Source: Isosphaeraceae bacterium (GTDB lineage: Bacteria; Planctomycetota; Planctomycetia; Isosphaerales; Isosphaeraceae). From it: DNA of 20,000 nucleotides. A model generated the notes under the pieces. That model worked only from the letters and a program-made list of their open reading frames with translations. It did no database searches and was not told where the DNA came from. Below are positions 8,170 through 17,294 of this stretch, in pieces. The stretch is from the NCBI GenBank assembly GCA_965201075.1, contig CBDAVP010000015.1:173957-193956 (forward strand), written 5' to 3'. The first letter of the stretch is position 1, and the number at the start of each line of letters is the position of its first letter. The position numbers and the translations under genes are program-made.

Positions 8170-8727
8170 TCAGGGATCGGGCTCTTTTGAGGTTTCCGGG
8201 GGAACGTCGCCGGGGCGGTCGGTTCCGAGCGGCGGCGTGCTTTCTTGTGGGTCCGCCTTGTGGCGCCAGAGGCGCGGGCCGAGGGTCAGGAGAACCAGGA
8301 GAGCCGCTCCTCCGCCGACGGCCCAGGGGACGTACTCGGAGAATGGTGGCGTCGTTTCGTGACCAGGGCCGCCCAGGTTGACGGTCATGCAACTCAGGGG
8401 CAAGCAGGTGCCGACGAAGGCGATGCCCGAGACCAGGAGAGTGAGAATTGTCACCCCCGCGGACGTGAGATACTCGGCGAACTCAGCCGCTCCGCTCAAG
8501 GGTTGGCCGGTGGCCCGACGGCGGGCGATCCACAACGATGCCCGCACCTGAGTGGGGACCACGAGCAGGAGAAAGGGAATCCCCAGACCCGGTAAACCCC
8601 AGGCGATCGCCAAACCGATCGCGATCAGAAGAGTCGCGCTGATCGCCGTGGTCAGGAACGGTCGGGGCGGTCCCGGCTCTGGCGAGGCGCGGGGCGCCTG
8701 GTAGGGATTGTCGTCGGAACTGGTCAT
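8170..8727 (-). CDS. Membrane protein (185 aa), paralog B, with N-terminal DNPYQAP and AFVGTCLPLSC motif
   Basis: GGAG SD before the ATG, NPYxxP N-terminus typical of planctomycete membrane proteins, about 4 hydrophobic helices, and a 16-nt gap to the next gene. Confidence 0.78.
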   Translation of the reverse strand: MTSSDDNPYQAPRASPEPGPPRPFLTTAISATLLIAIGLAIAWGLPGLGIPFLLLVVPTQVRASLWIARRRATGQPLSGAAEFAEYLTSAGVTILTLLVSGIAFVGTCLPLSCMTVNLGGPGHETTPPFSEYVPWAVGGGAALLVLLTLGPRLWRHKADPQESTPPLGTDRPGDVPPETSKEPDP

Positions 8728-9123
8728 GGCGACTCCGTAGCCGTCGGTCCGACCGCGAACTTGAGGAAGGGTCGGTTCGGGGCCTTGGGCGAGAGCGACA
8801 TCGCGCGGCGTCCGAGGGAAGGAGCGTCCCCCATCCTTAAATCCCGGGGGCGTCGCCGCAAGCCCCGACCCGTTGCGGTCCGTTCCGAAGATCGAGAAAT
8901 AGGCCGGGGTCGTCTCATCCGGGACAACGTCAAGGGCTCGATTTGGATTGTCGCCCCCGGAGGAGACTCATGGGGGAGTCGTGGCCCGAGATTTCGGTTG
9001 TCGAGAAAGGGTGCGGCGTGTGGGGCACCTGACCTTGCAATCGCGGCCCATCGCCAGTCAACTGGTCACTCCCCGGCGGCCGGGATTCCCCCGAGCCCCG
9101 CGACCAGCCAAGGCGGGCGACGC

Positions 9124-10884
9124 ATGTTCCGGATCAGCCACGTCATCGGCATCCACCGAGGGTACGACCGCCGCTGCCTGGCCGAGATTCAGGACCTCTT
9201 TGCCCAGGCCTTCCCCGAACTGGCCGAGGATGCCGACTACATTCCTCGCAAGCTGGTCGACCAGTCGGCGAGGGGCTACCCGTGCATCCTTCTGGTCGCC
9301 CATGGCGAGGGGGATCGGGTCATCGGGTTCGCCCTGGCCGACTTCTTCGAGGGGATCGGTTATGCCTATCTCGACTTCATCATCACTCGGGCCGAGCAGC
9401 GTGGGCGAGGGCTCGGGGGCGCCTTGTATGAAGCGCTTCGCGATGACGTCATCGACCGCGGAGCGATGGGCCTGTTCCTGGAAGTCCCCACCGACGACCC
9501 CAAGCAGGTCAAGAACTCCGTGCATCTGAAGTCGAACAAGGATCGACTGAAATTCTACGAACGCTACGGCGCACGGCCGGTCATGGGAACCCTGTACGAT
9601 GAGGCGATCCGACCGGGTCAGCCGATCGAGCCTCGGCTGCTGTATGACCCGCTCAACAACACCAACCCGTTGGAAGCCGATGAACTGAAAAAGGTGATCC
9701 GGTCGATTTTGACCTTGCGGTATGAATACGACCCGGACGACCCTTATGTGAAGACGGTGGTGGCCTCGGTCAAGGAGTCGCCGGTCCGCATTCGCGAACC
9801 GTTGTATGCCGGGCCGGGAGAGACCAGGTTCAAACTACCGAGACGTCTACATCCGCTGAAGGTGTTTTGCTCGGCGGGGCACGCCTTGCATCACGTCCGA
9901 GAACGCGGCTATGTCGAGCGGCCGGCGCGGGTGGACGTGATCCTCAAGGCGCTGGATGCCCTGCCCGACGTCGAGAAACTGCCGGTTCGGAACTTCGGAG
10001 AGGCCCCGATCCGCGCTGTTCACGACAAGGATTTCGTTAACTACCTGCGCAACATCTGCCAGGACCTGCCCAAGGGGGAGATGGTCTATCCCTACGTCTT
10101 TCCGATCCGGCGGACCGACCGACCGCCCCACGACCGGAGCATCCGCGCGGGGTATTATTGCATCGACACCTTCACCCCCTTGAGCCGCGATGCCTACAAG
10201 GCCGCCCGCTCGGCGGTGAACGTGGCCCTTTCGGGCGCCGAGGCGATTTTGACGGGCGAGCCGTTGGTGTACAGCCTCTGCCGTCCGCCGGGTCACCATG
10301 CCGAACGCGACACGTACGGCGGATTTTGCTACTTCTGCAATGCCGGGATCGCCGCGCAATATCTCCGGTCTCGCTCGGGGGAACGGGTCGCGATCCTGGA
10401 TGTCGACTACCACCACGGCAACGGCGCCCAGGACTTGTTTTACGATCGTTCCGACATTCTCACAGTCTCGATCCACGGCCATCCCAGTTTTGCCTATCCG
10501 TATTTCACAGGATTCGCGGACGAGACGGGCGAGGGGGAGGGGCTGGGTTTCAACCGGAATTTCCCCCTTCCCGAGCACGTCACCGACGGGCGCTACCTGG
10601 AAGAGCTGGATGAGGCCATCGAGCTCGTGCGGGCCTTCAAGACGCAGATTCTGGTGGTGCCGCTCGGTCTGGACATCGCCAAGGCCGACCCAACCGGCAC
10701 CTGGAGTTTGACGCCCGAGGGATTGTTCGAGGTCGGTCGTCGGATCGGTAGCTTGAAACTCCCCACCCTGCTGGTGCAGGAGGGAGGCTACAACATCCGC
10801 ACCCTGGGACGCAACGCCGTGAGAATGCTCAGCGGGGTCTGCGCCGGAGCCCTGGGACGCCGCAAGACCCGCTCCCGAGGCTGA
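9124..10884 (+). CDS. GNAT N-acetyltransferase / histone deacetylase family (acetylpolyamine amidohydrolase-like) fusion
   Basis: The likely start is ATG 9124 (MFRISH); the ORF-track extension to 8761 looks non-coding. GNAT motifs QRGRGLGGALY and LKFYERYG. HDAC motifs ERPAR, RPPGHH, GGFCYF, DVDYHHGNG, SIHG, LGLD and QEGGY. Confidence 0.88.
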   Translation: MFRISHVIGIHRGYDRRCLAEIQDLFAQAFPELAEDADYIPRKLVDQSARGYPCILLVAHGEGDRVIGFALADFFEGIGYAYLDFIITRAEQRGRGLGGALYEALRDDVIDRGAMGLFLEVPTDDPKQVKNSVHLKSNKDRLKFYERYGARPVMGTLYDEAIRPGQPIEPRLLYDPLNNTNPLEADELKKVIRSILTLRYEYDPDDPYVKTVVASVKESPVRIREPLYAGPGETRFKLPRRLHPLKVFCSAGHALHHVRERGYVERPARVDVILKALDALPDVEKLPVRNFGEAPIRAVHDKDFVNYLRNICQDLPKGEMVYPYVFPIRRTDRPPHDRSIRAGYYCIDTFTPLSRDAYKAARSAVNVALSGAEAILTGEPLVYSLCRPPGHHAERDTYGGFCYFCNAGIAAQYLRSRSGERVAILDVDYHHGNGAQDLFYDRSDILTVSIHGHPSFAYPYFTGFADETGEGEGLGFNRNFPLPEHVTDGRYLEELDEAIELVRAFKTQILVVPLGLDIAKADPTGTWSLTPEGLFEVGRRIGSLKLPTLLVQEGGYNIRTLGRNAVRMLSGVCAGALGRRKTRSRG

Positions 10885-11062
10885 CGCGACTGGGCTGTTG
10901 ACATCGAGGGGGAATGAGGGGGCCGCTGGCGCCCCACGAGAAAAATCTTGCGTGAGGCCCGCGACCCCCTTGATCGGGAACCTGCGTGATTTTACTCTAT
11001 GAATCGCACCACGTATGAGCCTTTTCGGAATATGATTGGTGCGTAGAGTGATCCCCTCTCCA

Positions 11063-11074
11063 CCCCCCCCCCCC
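11063..11074 (+). repeat. Poly-C homopolymer (C12)
   Basis: Twelve consecutive C, ending 13 nt before the ATG at 11088. Confidence 0.9.
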
Positions 11075-11087
11075 GCGAGCGCACGCC

Positions 11088-11612
11088 ATGAGGAAGTCCA
11101 GAACGTTTTGCCCCGATGCCGTCGCACCGCTGGAAGAGCGAGTGGTCGCCGCGTCTCACCTTCACGCCGCGTTGCACGTTGCTTCGGTGGTGCCCGCGGT
11201 GCCCGTTGTCACGACCCGGTCCCTGAACCAGGTGGTTCAGGGGGCTTACAACAGTTTCTCGTCGTTCCTGAACGACTATCAAAAAGTCATCCGGACGATC
11301 CGGGTCGACGCGACCGGCAATCCCAGTGACGCCGACCTGAACCGTTTCTATCATTTCCTGGACGTCCGGACCCAGAAGTTCAGCAACCAATTGACGGCGC
11401 TCTCGGGCAAGGTCCCCTACGGCCGAGTGAACCTTGCCCCCGCCTTCCAGGACCGGGTGGCGGGGCTCGCCGACACACTCGCCTCGGTCTCGACGGTCCA
11501 GGAGGCCCGGCATCCAGGCCCTGCGACCTTGGACGCGTTCCGGGGAGTCAAGTCCGATCTCCAGGCCTACGTTTCCGACAGTGTCCAGTCGGGCCTCTTC
11601 CGGGTCCGCTGA
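11088..11612 (+). CDS. Hypothetical helical protein with planctomycete-type N-terminal export motif
   Basis: MRKSRTFCPDAVAPLEERVVAA resembles the planctomycete extracellular (R..F.P...LExRxLL) leader. The body is amphipathic and helical, and an AT-richer upstream region suggests a promoter. Confidence 0.7.
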   Translation: MRKSRTFCPDAVAPLEERVVAASHLHAALHVASVVPAVPVVTTRSLNQVVQGAYNSFSSFLNDYQKVIRTIRVDATGNPSDADLNRFYHFLDVRTQKFSNQLTALSGKVPYGRVNLAPAFQDRVAGLADTLASVSTVQEARHPGPATLDAFRGVKSDLQAYVSDSVQSGLFRVR

Positions 11613-11635
11613 TTGGACCGTGTCGACGCCGACTC

Positions 11636-11668
11636 GGGCGGCCCCGCTGGCCAACGGCGAGGCCGCCC
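11636..11668. terminator. Hairpin between convergent genes
   Basis: GGGCGGCC (11636-11643) pairs with GGCCGCCC (11661-11668), with inner CCGCTGG/CCAACGG pairing. Confidence 0.45.
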
Positions 11669-11693
11669 CGTTGCCGCATTCTGAGCTGCGGGC

Positions 11694-12659
11694 TCACTTG
11701 CTGGGCTTCGCTTCCTCGTCACCTTTCGGCAAGGCGCGGTCGTGACCTTGCCGGCGTTTCTGCTCGCGACGCTCGGCCTGGAAGGCGTCGAAACGGGTCT
11801 GGGATTCGCCCCAGGAGAAGGTGGGAGATTGCGACGGGTCGAAGCCGTCAAGGTGACTGGCCTCTTCGGACTTCCGTAGCGACGGCGGTTGGTAGCGATA
11901 GGGGCCGTCACCGTAAACCTCGACGAGGAGCGGGACCACGCCGGGATCGTAGGTCTTGAGCTCTTCCCGGGTATCGACCTCGTTGTGAGAGGCATTGGGC
12001 TGAGACTGGTTACAATCGAACCAGGACTGTACGACCTCGGCCCAGTATTCGTCGGGGTTGGTCGCCGCGTAAGTGCTTTTCCAGAGACCTTTGTCGAGCG
12101 CGGCGTGATAGCTGGCCTTGAGGCGGGCCCGGAAGGTCGGGTCAACGTCGCGGAGACCCAGGTCCTCGGTCGCGTGCGCGAATTCGTGGATCAAAATGTT
12201 TTCGCCGCGGTAGGGGTCGCCGGGAAACCCTAACAGGTTCTCCTCACCGCAACTGACCACGGGGGAATCGCGAGAGGCACCCAGTCCGCGAGCCCGGACG
12301 TCCCAGTACGCCTTGGGGGTCATCGTCCGCTGCTCGGGGAGGTCGGTCGTCCGCTCCGTGGCGGCCATCACCGCGACGCGGAGCTTGTTGCGGATCATCG
12401 CCGCGCGAACGTCAGGCCGACCCGCGAGCATGTGATGGACCAGGTTGGCCGCTTCCCGCAACGCCGGGTCCGACACCGCGGCCGAGGACACGACCGGCAG
12501 GCCCTCGGCGTCCAGATATTTCCGGTAGAAGGGGTCGAGCCGCAGCGCTGGTGGCGGCGCGGTGATCGGTGCTAGGTCGGCGGCTTGAAGCGAACTGACA
12601 TGGGGGACGACGAGAGAAAGGAAAACCAGGCCCAAACCAAGACGAAGTCGCGAATTCAC
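11694..12659 (-). CDS. Secreted zincin-type metallopeptidase-like protein (HExxH)
   Basis: GTG start with GGAGG SD, a signal peptide, ENILIHEFAHA, and a downstream TNPDEYWAE third-ligand motif (MtfA/ATLF-like gluzincin arrangement). Confidence 0.75.
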   Translation of the reverse strand: MNSRLRLGLGLVFLSLVVPHVSSLQAADLAPITAPPPALRLDPFYRKYLDAEGLPVVSSAAVSDPALREAANLVHHMLAGRPDVRAAMIRNKLRVAVMAATERTTDLPEQRTMTPKAYWDVRARGLGASRDSPVVSCGEENLLGFPGDPYRGENILIHEFAHATEDLGLRDVDPTFRARLKASYHAALDKGLWKSTYAATNPDEYWAEVVQSWFDCNQSQPNASHNEVDTREELKTYDPGVVPLLVEVYGDGPYRYQPPSLRKSEEASHLDGFDPSQSPTFSWGESQTRFDAFQAERREQKRRQGHDRALPKGDEEAKPSK

Positions 12660-12769
12660 GGCGATCCTCCGAAGGCTTCATTGCGTCGCCCAGGGTGATC
12701 GTAACCATAACCTGCGTGCAATGTCACGAGAAACCAGGATGGAGGTCGGCCCGCCGGTCGATCGGTCTG

Positions 12770-13465
12770 TCAGTCGCAAGAAACACGAACTCGGAGGCGA
12801 TCCCTGAGTGCGTCGCGGTCGAAATCGACCAGGTTCGGGACGGCGAGGTCGGCCCCGGCGACGAGGAGGGTGGACAGGGGATGGTGGGTGCCTACCCCCA
12901 CGGCCAACATCCCCGCGGCCTTCGCGGCCTGGATGCCGACGGGTGCGTCCTCGAAGACCACCGTTCCCCTCGGGTCGACACCGGCGCGAGCGGCAGCGAC
13001 CATGAAGACTTCGGGGTCGGGCTTGCCTCGGCGAATGTCCTCGACCGAGGCGATCGCCGAGAAACGTCCGGCGAGACCGCATTGCTCAACCGTTAGGTCG
13101 AGGTTGGCCCGCACGGCGCTGGAGCCGATGGCGAGGCGAAATCCGTCGGCCGTCAAGCCGTCGAGCAGCTCCCGGACGCCCGGCATCAACACAATTTGGC
13201 CCCGGGCGGACTCTCGGTAACAGGCTTCCTTGCGGGCCTCGAACCGCTTCAGGTCATCGTCGGTCGGCCCGTCACCAAGAAGTTGGCGGAAGATGTCGAT
13301 GTTGGTGCGGCCAAAGGTTTCTCGGATCAATTCCGCCGTGACGGGCAGCCCCTCTCGTCGGCCCATCTCAACCCAGCCTTGCTGGTGGAGGGCGAGCGAG
13401 TCGACCAGGACCCCGTCATGGTCGAAGATCGCCAGAAGCGGGGGGGCGGTCGAGTTCGCGTTCAC
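12770..13465 (-). CDS. HAD-superfamily IA phosphatase (beta-phosphoglucomutase/CbbY-like)
   Basis: Motif I AIFDHDGVLVDS, IGSSA, GKPDPEVF, VFEDAPVGIQAA. GTG start at 13465 overlapping the stop of oxidase subunit IV (GTGA). Confidence 0.87.
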   Translation of the reverse strand: MNANSTAPPLLAIFDHDGVLVDSLALHQQGWVEMGRREGLPVTAELIRETFGRTNIDIFRQLLGDGPTDDDLKRFEARKEACYRESARGQIVLMPGVRELLDGLTADGFRLAIGSSAVRANLDLTVEQCGLAGRFSAIASVEDIRRGKPDPEVFMVAAARAGVDPRGTVVFEDAPVGIQAAKAAGMLAVGVGTHHPLSTLLVAGADLAVPNLVDFDRDALRDRLRVRVSCD

Positions 13466-13761
13466 TTGCCGGGAATCGGCAGCCAGTCGCGGGTCTGATA
13501 ATCCTGGAAGAACAGAACCATCATGATTCCCAGCCAAAGGAACGAGGCGCCGGCGAAGGCCCAGGTGAGCTTACTGCTAAACTTCACATGCATGAAGAAC
13601 AGCAAAATCAACACGGCCTTGGCCACCGCGATGGCCATCGCCACGGCCAGGTTGGCCCGGCCGAGGTCGACGAAGGCCGCGCCCACTGTCAGAAACAGGA
13701 GCAACAAGAGCAGTCCGAAGATCTGGTAGTAGACCCGAACTGGCAAGACGTGTTGGCTCAT
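13462..13761 (-). CDS. ctaF: caa3-type cytochrome c oxidase subunit IV
   Basis: 99 aa with 3 TM helices and IAVAKAVLILLFFMHVK. Located directly after subunit III. Confidence 0.85.
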   Translation of the reverse strand: MSQHVLPVRVYYQIFGLLLLLLFLTVGAAFVDLGRANLAVAMAIAVAKAVLILLFFMHVKFSSKLTWAFAGASFLWLGIMMVLFFQDYQTRDWLPIPGK

Positions 13762-14687
13762 TTGTGGATATCAATCAGGTATAAGAGGGGGTAGAGGAAC
13801 ACCCAGACAATATCGACAAAGTGCCAGTAAAGGCCCGCCATCTCAATTTGGGTATGGCCGCCCCCGGACATCCACCGGCTGGAGACAAGTCCCATGAGAA
13901 TGGCCAGCATCGCCAGGCCGATGATCATGTGCAGGGCATGGAGACCGGTCATGAAGAAATAAAGCAGGAAGAACCGCTCGGCGCGACCGGCGTCGGTCGA
14001 GGCGATCCGCTCCAGGCCGACGGACTCTCCCACGGCGGGCGATTTGGGCCGAGGCCCATCGGGCTTGGCGGCGTCGTCGCCATTGAGGCGGCCGTCGGAC
14101 GCCGGTGACTCGTCGTGGGCCGCCCCTCCCCCCGCGTGAGATTCGGCATCCCCATGAGGATGTTCGGCGCGAGCCTTGGCCCAGTCAAAACCGAAGTATT
14201 TGCCGGGGACGAGGTGCTCGTCGTAATCGATCCGCCACTCATACGCCTTGACGCCCAGGAAGGCCGCGCCCAGGACGAACGTGGCCAGCAAGCAGGCCAG
14301 GGTTTTGCTTCGGTCCCGCAGGGCGGCGAAATGGACGGCGAAGGCCATCGTCAGACTACTGGTCAGCAGGACGATGGTGTTGAGAAACCCCGCCTTGACC
14401 AGCAGAAAGCGGCTGGCTTGAACGAACATATTGTGGGCGACGTCCCGCTGAGATTCCTCCCAGCGGAAGATCGCGTAGGCCGTCAGCAAGCCCCCAAAGA
14501 AGAGGACTTCGGTGGCGAGGAACGCCCACATCCCCAGGTTCGCCGACTCGTGCTGTTGCTCGAGGTCGTCGAAGTGGTGCTGGAGGAATGTGTCGTTGAA
14601 GTCCCCATGGCCAGTGCCGTGGGAGTGTCCGTGAGGATGGCCGTGATCCCCCTGGTGGAGGCCGGTGCCGTGCTCAAGCGTGGACAT
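13758..14687 (-). CDS. ctaE: Cytochrome c oxidase subunit III
   Basis: [44 protein letters not shown]. Confidence 0.92.
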   Translation of the reverse strand: MSTLEHGTGLHQGDHGHPHGHSHGTGHGDFNDTFLQHHFDDLEQQHESANLGMWAFLATEVLFFGGLLTAYAIFRWEESQRDVAHNMFVQASRFLLVKAGFLNTIVLLTSSLTMAFAVHFAALRDRSKTLACLLATFVLGAAFLGVKAYEWRIDYDEHLVPGKYFGFDWAKARAEHPHGDAESHAGGGAAHDESPASDGRLNGDDAAKPDGPRPKSPAVGESVGLERIASTDAGRAERFFLLYFFMTGLHALHMIIGLAMLAILMGLVSSRWMSGGGHTQIEMAGLYWHFVDIVWVFLYPLLYLIDIHK

Positions 14688-16314
14688 TCACTCGCTCCGC
14701 GACGTCGGGCATGTACTCGTAAGGACCTTCGGTCACGACGGGGCGCTCATCAAAATTGGCGTGCGGCGGCGGGGAGGGGGTTTGCCACTCCAGACCAGTC
14801 GCCCGCCAGGGATTGTCGCCCGCGGCCTTACCCAGGAAGATCGAGAGGGTCAGGTAGATCGCCGGCATGACCAACCCGGCGGCAAGGACCGTGGCGCCGG
14901 CCGTTGAGAGAACGTTGAGGACCTGGAACTCGTCGGGATACTCGTAATACCGCCGAGGCATGCCGAGGTAGCCCAGGATGAACTGAGGGAAAAACGTCAG
15001 GTTGAAACCGATGAAAACGGTCAGGGCCGAGAGCTTGCCCCAGATTTCCGGATACAGCTTACCCGTCATCTTGGGCCACCAGAAGTGGATGGCTCCGAGG
15101 TAAGCGATGAGCGACCCGCCCACCATGACGTAGTGGAAGTGAGCCACGACGAAGTACGTGTCATGGACGTGGACGTCGACACCAAGAGTCGAGAGGAAGA
15201 GTCCGGTCAGTCCACCAACGGTGAAAAGGCCGATGAACCCCAGGGCATATAACATTGGCGTGTCGAAGCGGACCGACCCTTGATACATGGTCGTCGACCA
15301 GTTGAAAACCTTGATGGCCGAGGGAACGGCGATCAAGAAGCTGATGATCGAGAAGACCATGCCAGCGTACATCGACTGGCCACTCACGAACATGTGGTGG
15401 CCCCAGACCAGGAAGCCCAGGACCGCGATCGCCAGACTGGCCATGGCGATAAAGCGGTAACCGAAAATCGGTCGTCGAGAGAAACAGGGGATGATCTCGC
15501 TGACGACGGCGAAGCTCGGCAGCACCATGATGTAAACGGCCGGATGCGAGTAGAACCAGAAAAGGTGCTGGAACAGGATCGGGTCGCCGCCCATTGACGG
15601 GTTGAAGATGCCGACACCAAGCACCCGTTCGGCCACCAGCAACAGCAGGGCAATGGCGAGCACCGGCGTCCCCAGCACCTGGATCAGGGCCGTGGCATAG
15701 TGCGACCAGACGAACAGAGGCATGCGGAACCAGGTCATCCCCGGCGCCCGCATCGTGTGAATCGTGACGATGAAGTTGAGCCCCGTGAGGATCGACGAGA
15801 AGCCGGCGATGAACGCCGCCATCGCCGCCGGCACGACCAGGGTATTCGAAAACATCGTGCTGAACGGCGTGTAGAATGTCCAACCGGTGTCGATCCCACC
15901 GAAGAACAGCACACCGACGGCAAGGGCCCCAGCGAACATGTACAGATACCAGCTCAAGAGGTTGAGCCGGGGGAAGGCCAGATCTCGCGCTCCGATCATC
16001 ATCGGGATCAAGAAGTTCCCGAAGACCGCCGGGATCGAGGGAATCAGGAAGAAGAACACCATCACGACGCCGTGGGTCGTGAACATTCGGTTGTAGGCGT
16101 CGGGAGACGAAAGAACGTCTCCCTTGGGTGTCAACAACTCCAGCCTCATCAGGCCCGCGGCGAGCCCGCCGACGACGAAAAAGACGGTGATGGAGATCAG
16201 GTAAAGGATGCCGATCCGCTTGTGGTCGGTCGTCAGCAGCCACGACTTGACGCTGTAATCCTCGTTGAGGTAGTTGACCTTCTCAACGGTGTCCTGACGG
16301 AATGTGGGAGTCAC
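14674..16314 (-). CDS. ctaD: Cytochrome c oxidase subunit I (heme-copper oxidase type A2)
   Basis: [28 protein letters not shown] (A2 YS signature), [23 protein letters not shown]. Confidence 0.96.
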   Translation of the reverse strand: MTPTFRQDTVEKVNYLNEDYSVKSWLLTTDHKRIGILYLISITVFFVVGGLAAGLMRLELLTPKGDVLSSPDAYNRMFTTHGVVMVFFFLIPSIPAVFGNFLIPMMIGARDLAFPRLNLLSWYLYMFAGALAVGVLFFGGIDTGWTFYTPFSTMFSNTLVVPAAMAAFIAGFSSILTGLNFIVTIHTMRAPGMTWFRMPLFVWSHYATALIQVLGTPVLAIALLLLVAERVLGVGIFNPSMGGDPILFQHLFWFYSHPAVYIMVLPSFAVVSEIIPCFSRRPIFGYRFIAMASLAIAVLGFLVWGHHMFVSGQSMYAGMVFSIISFLIAVPSAIKVFNWSTTMYQGSVRFDTPMLYALGFIGLFTVGGLTGLFLSTLGVDVHVHDTYFVVAHFHYVMVGGSLIAYLGAIHFWWPKMTGKLYPEIWGKLSALTVFIGFNLTFFPQFILGYLGMPRRYYEYPDEFQVLNVLSTAGATVLAAGLVMPAIYLTLSIFLGKAAGDNPWRATGLEWQTPSPPPHANFDERPVVTEGPYEYMPDVAERVNVHA

Positions 16315-17285
16315 TTGCCGGCCCCCCGGGAACCGATGGACTTGATGTATTCCATGATCTTCAGGAGGTCTTCCTCGGCGACGACGCCCTGGAAGGACGG
16401 CATGATCGGTTCATAGCCGGCGACGACCTGGGACTTGGGCAGCAGGATCGAGTCGCGGATATACCGTTCATCCGCCTGGACGAAGCGAACGTCATTCCCG
16501 TTTTGGATCGGGACGGGATGACCGTAAACCCCTTCAAGTTGCGGGGCCTTGACGATCTGACTCCCTCGGTGGCAGCCGGCACAGTGGTAGCGAACGAAAA
16601 GGTTCTCCCCTTCCTTCGCCATCGAGGTCTCCTGACGACCGCCCGAGTTGCCGCCGCTTTTGCCACCATCGAGCCAGCGATCGTAGTCCGCCGGCTCCAT
16701 CACGGTGACCCATCCGCCCATCCGCGAGTGCTCGGTCCCGCAATACTCGGCGCAGAACAGGTGATAGCGACCTACCTTGGACGGCTCGAACCAGATGGAC
16801 GTGTAGCGGCCCGGGACGACATCTTGCTTGATGCGAAAGCCAGGGACATAGAAACTGTGGATGACATCCTGCGAGGTCATCGTCAACTTCACCGGACGAC
16901 CGACCGGGACGTGCAGTTCGTTGATCTCGCGACGACCTTCGGGATGCTGAAGCTTCCACATCCACTGCTTGCCGACGACGTAGATGTCCGAAGCGTCCGC
17001 CGGGGGAGTGTAAATCTCATAGAAGAGGTAAGCCCCCGGGAAGAACATGGTCATCGTCAGCAACAAGGGGACGACGATCCAGAGAGTCTCCAGACGGGTA
17101 CTGTGCAGCAGCGGGTTGGCCCGGTCAGCCTTCGTCCCCTGGCGATAGCGAATCGCCAGGACCAGGAAGAGAAGGCTCACCGCCAGGGTGAAAAAGGCGG
17201 CAATGCCGACCTCATAGAGGTACAGCAAGTCGACCTTCCACGCGAGGGTCGAGGCCTGTTCCGGGAAGAGCGGGAAATTCCACAT
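16311..17285 (-). CDS. ctaC: Cytochrome c oxidase subunit II with CuA site and fused cytochrome c
   Basis: [23 protein letters not shown] (CuA), C-terminal CAGCH heme c motif and distal MP. Confidence 0.95.
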   Translation of the reverse strand: MWNFPLFPEQASTLAWKVDLLYLYEVGIAAFFTLAVSLLFLVLAIRYRQGTKADRANPLLHSTRLETLWIVVPLLLTMTMFFPGAYLFYEIYTPPADASDIYVVGKQWMWKLQHPEGRREINELHVPVGRPVKLTMTSQDVIHSFYVPGFRIKQDVVPGRYTSIWFEPSKVGRYHLFCAEYCGTEHSRMGGWVTVMEPADYDRWLDGGKSGGNSGGRQETSMAKEGENLFVRYHCAGCHRGSQIVKAPQLEGVYGHPVPIQNGNDVRFVQADERYIRDSILLPKSQVVAGYEPIMPSFQGVVAEEDLLKIMEYIKSIGSRGAGK

Positions 17286-17294
17286 ATCAGGTGT

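Noticed and set aside
8761..9123. 121-aa N-terminal extension of the GNAT-HDAC ORF
   Set aside because: It has a TTG start and an Arg/Gly/Pro-rich non-protein-like composition, and it fills the divergent promoter region.
10915..10960. Short stems after the GNAT-HDAC stop (GGGGC..GCCCC; CACG..CGTG)
   Set aside because: The stems are too short and lack a U-tract, so I cannot call a terminator with confidence.
9847..11127. Long antisense or alternate-frame ORFs (also 2263-3324, 4424-5314, 15161-16243, 16302-17342, 17469-18392, 18763-19734)
   Set aside because: These are expected stop-poor shadow frames in high-GC DNA. They overlap well-supported genes and show no recognisable motifs.
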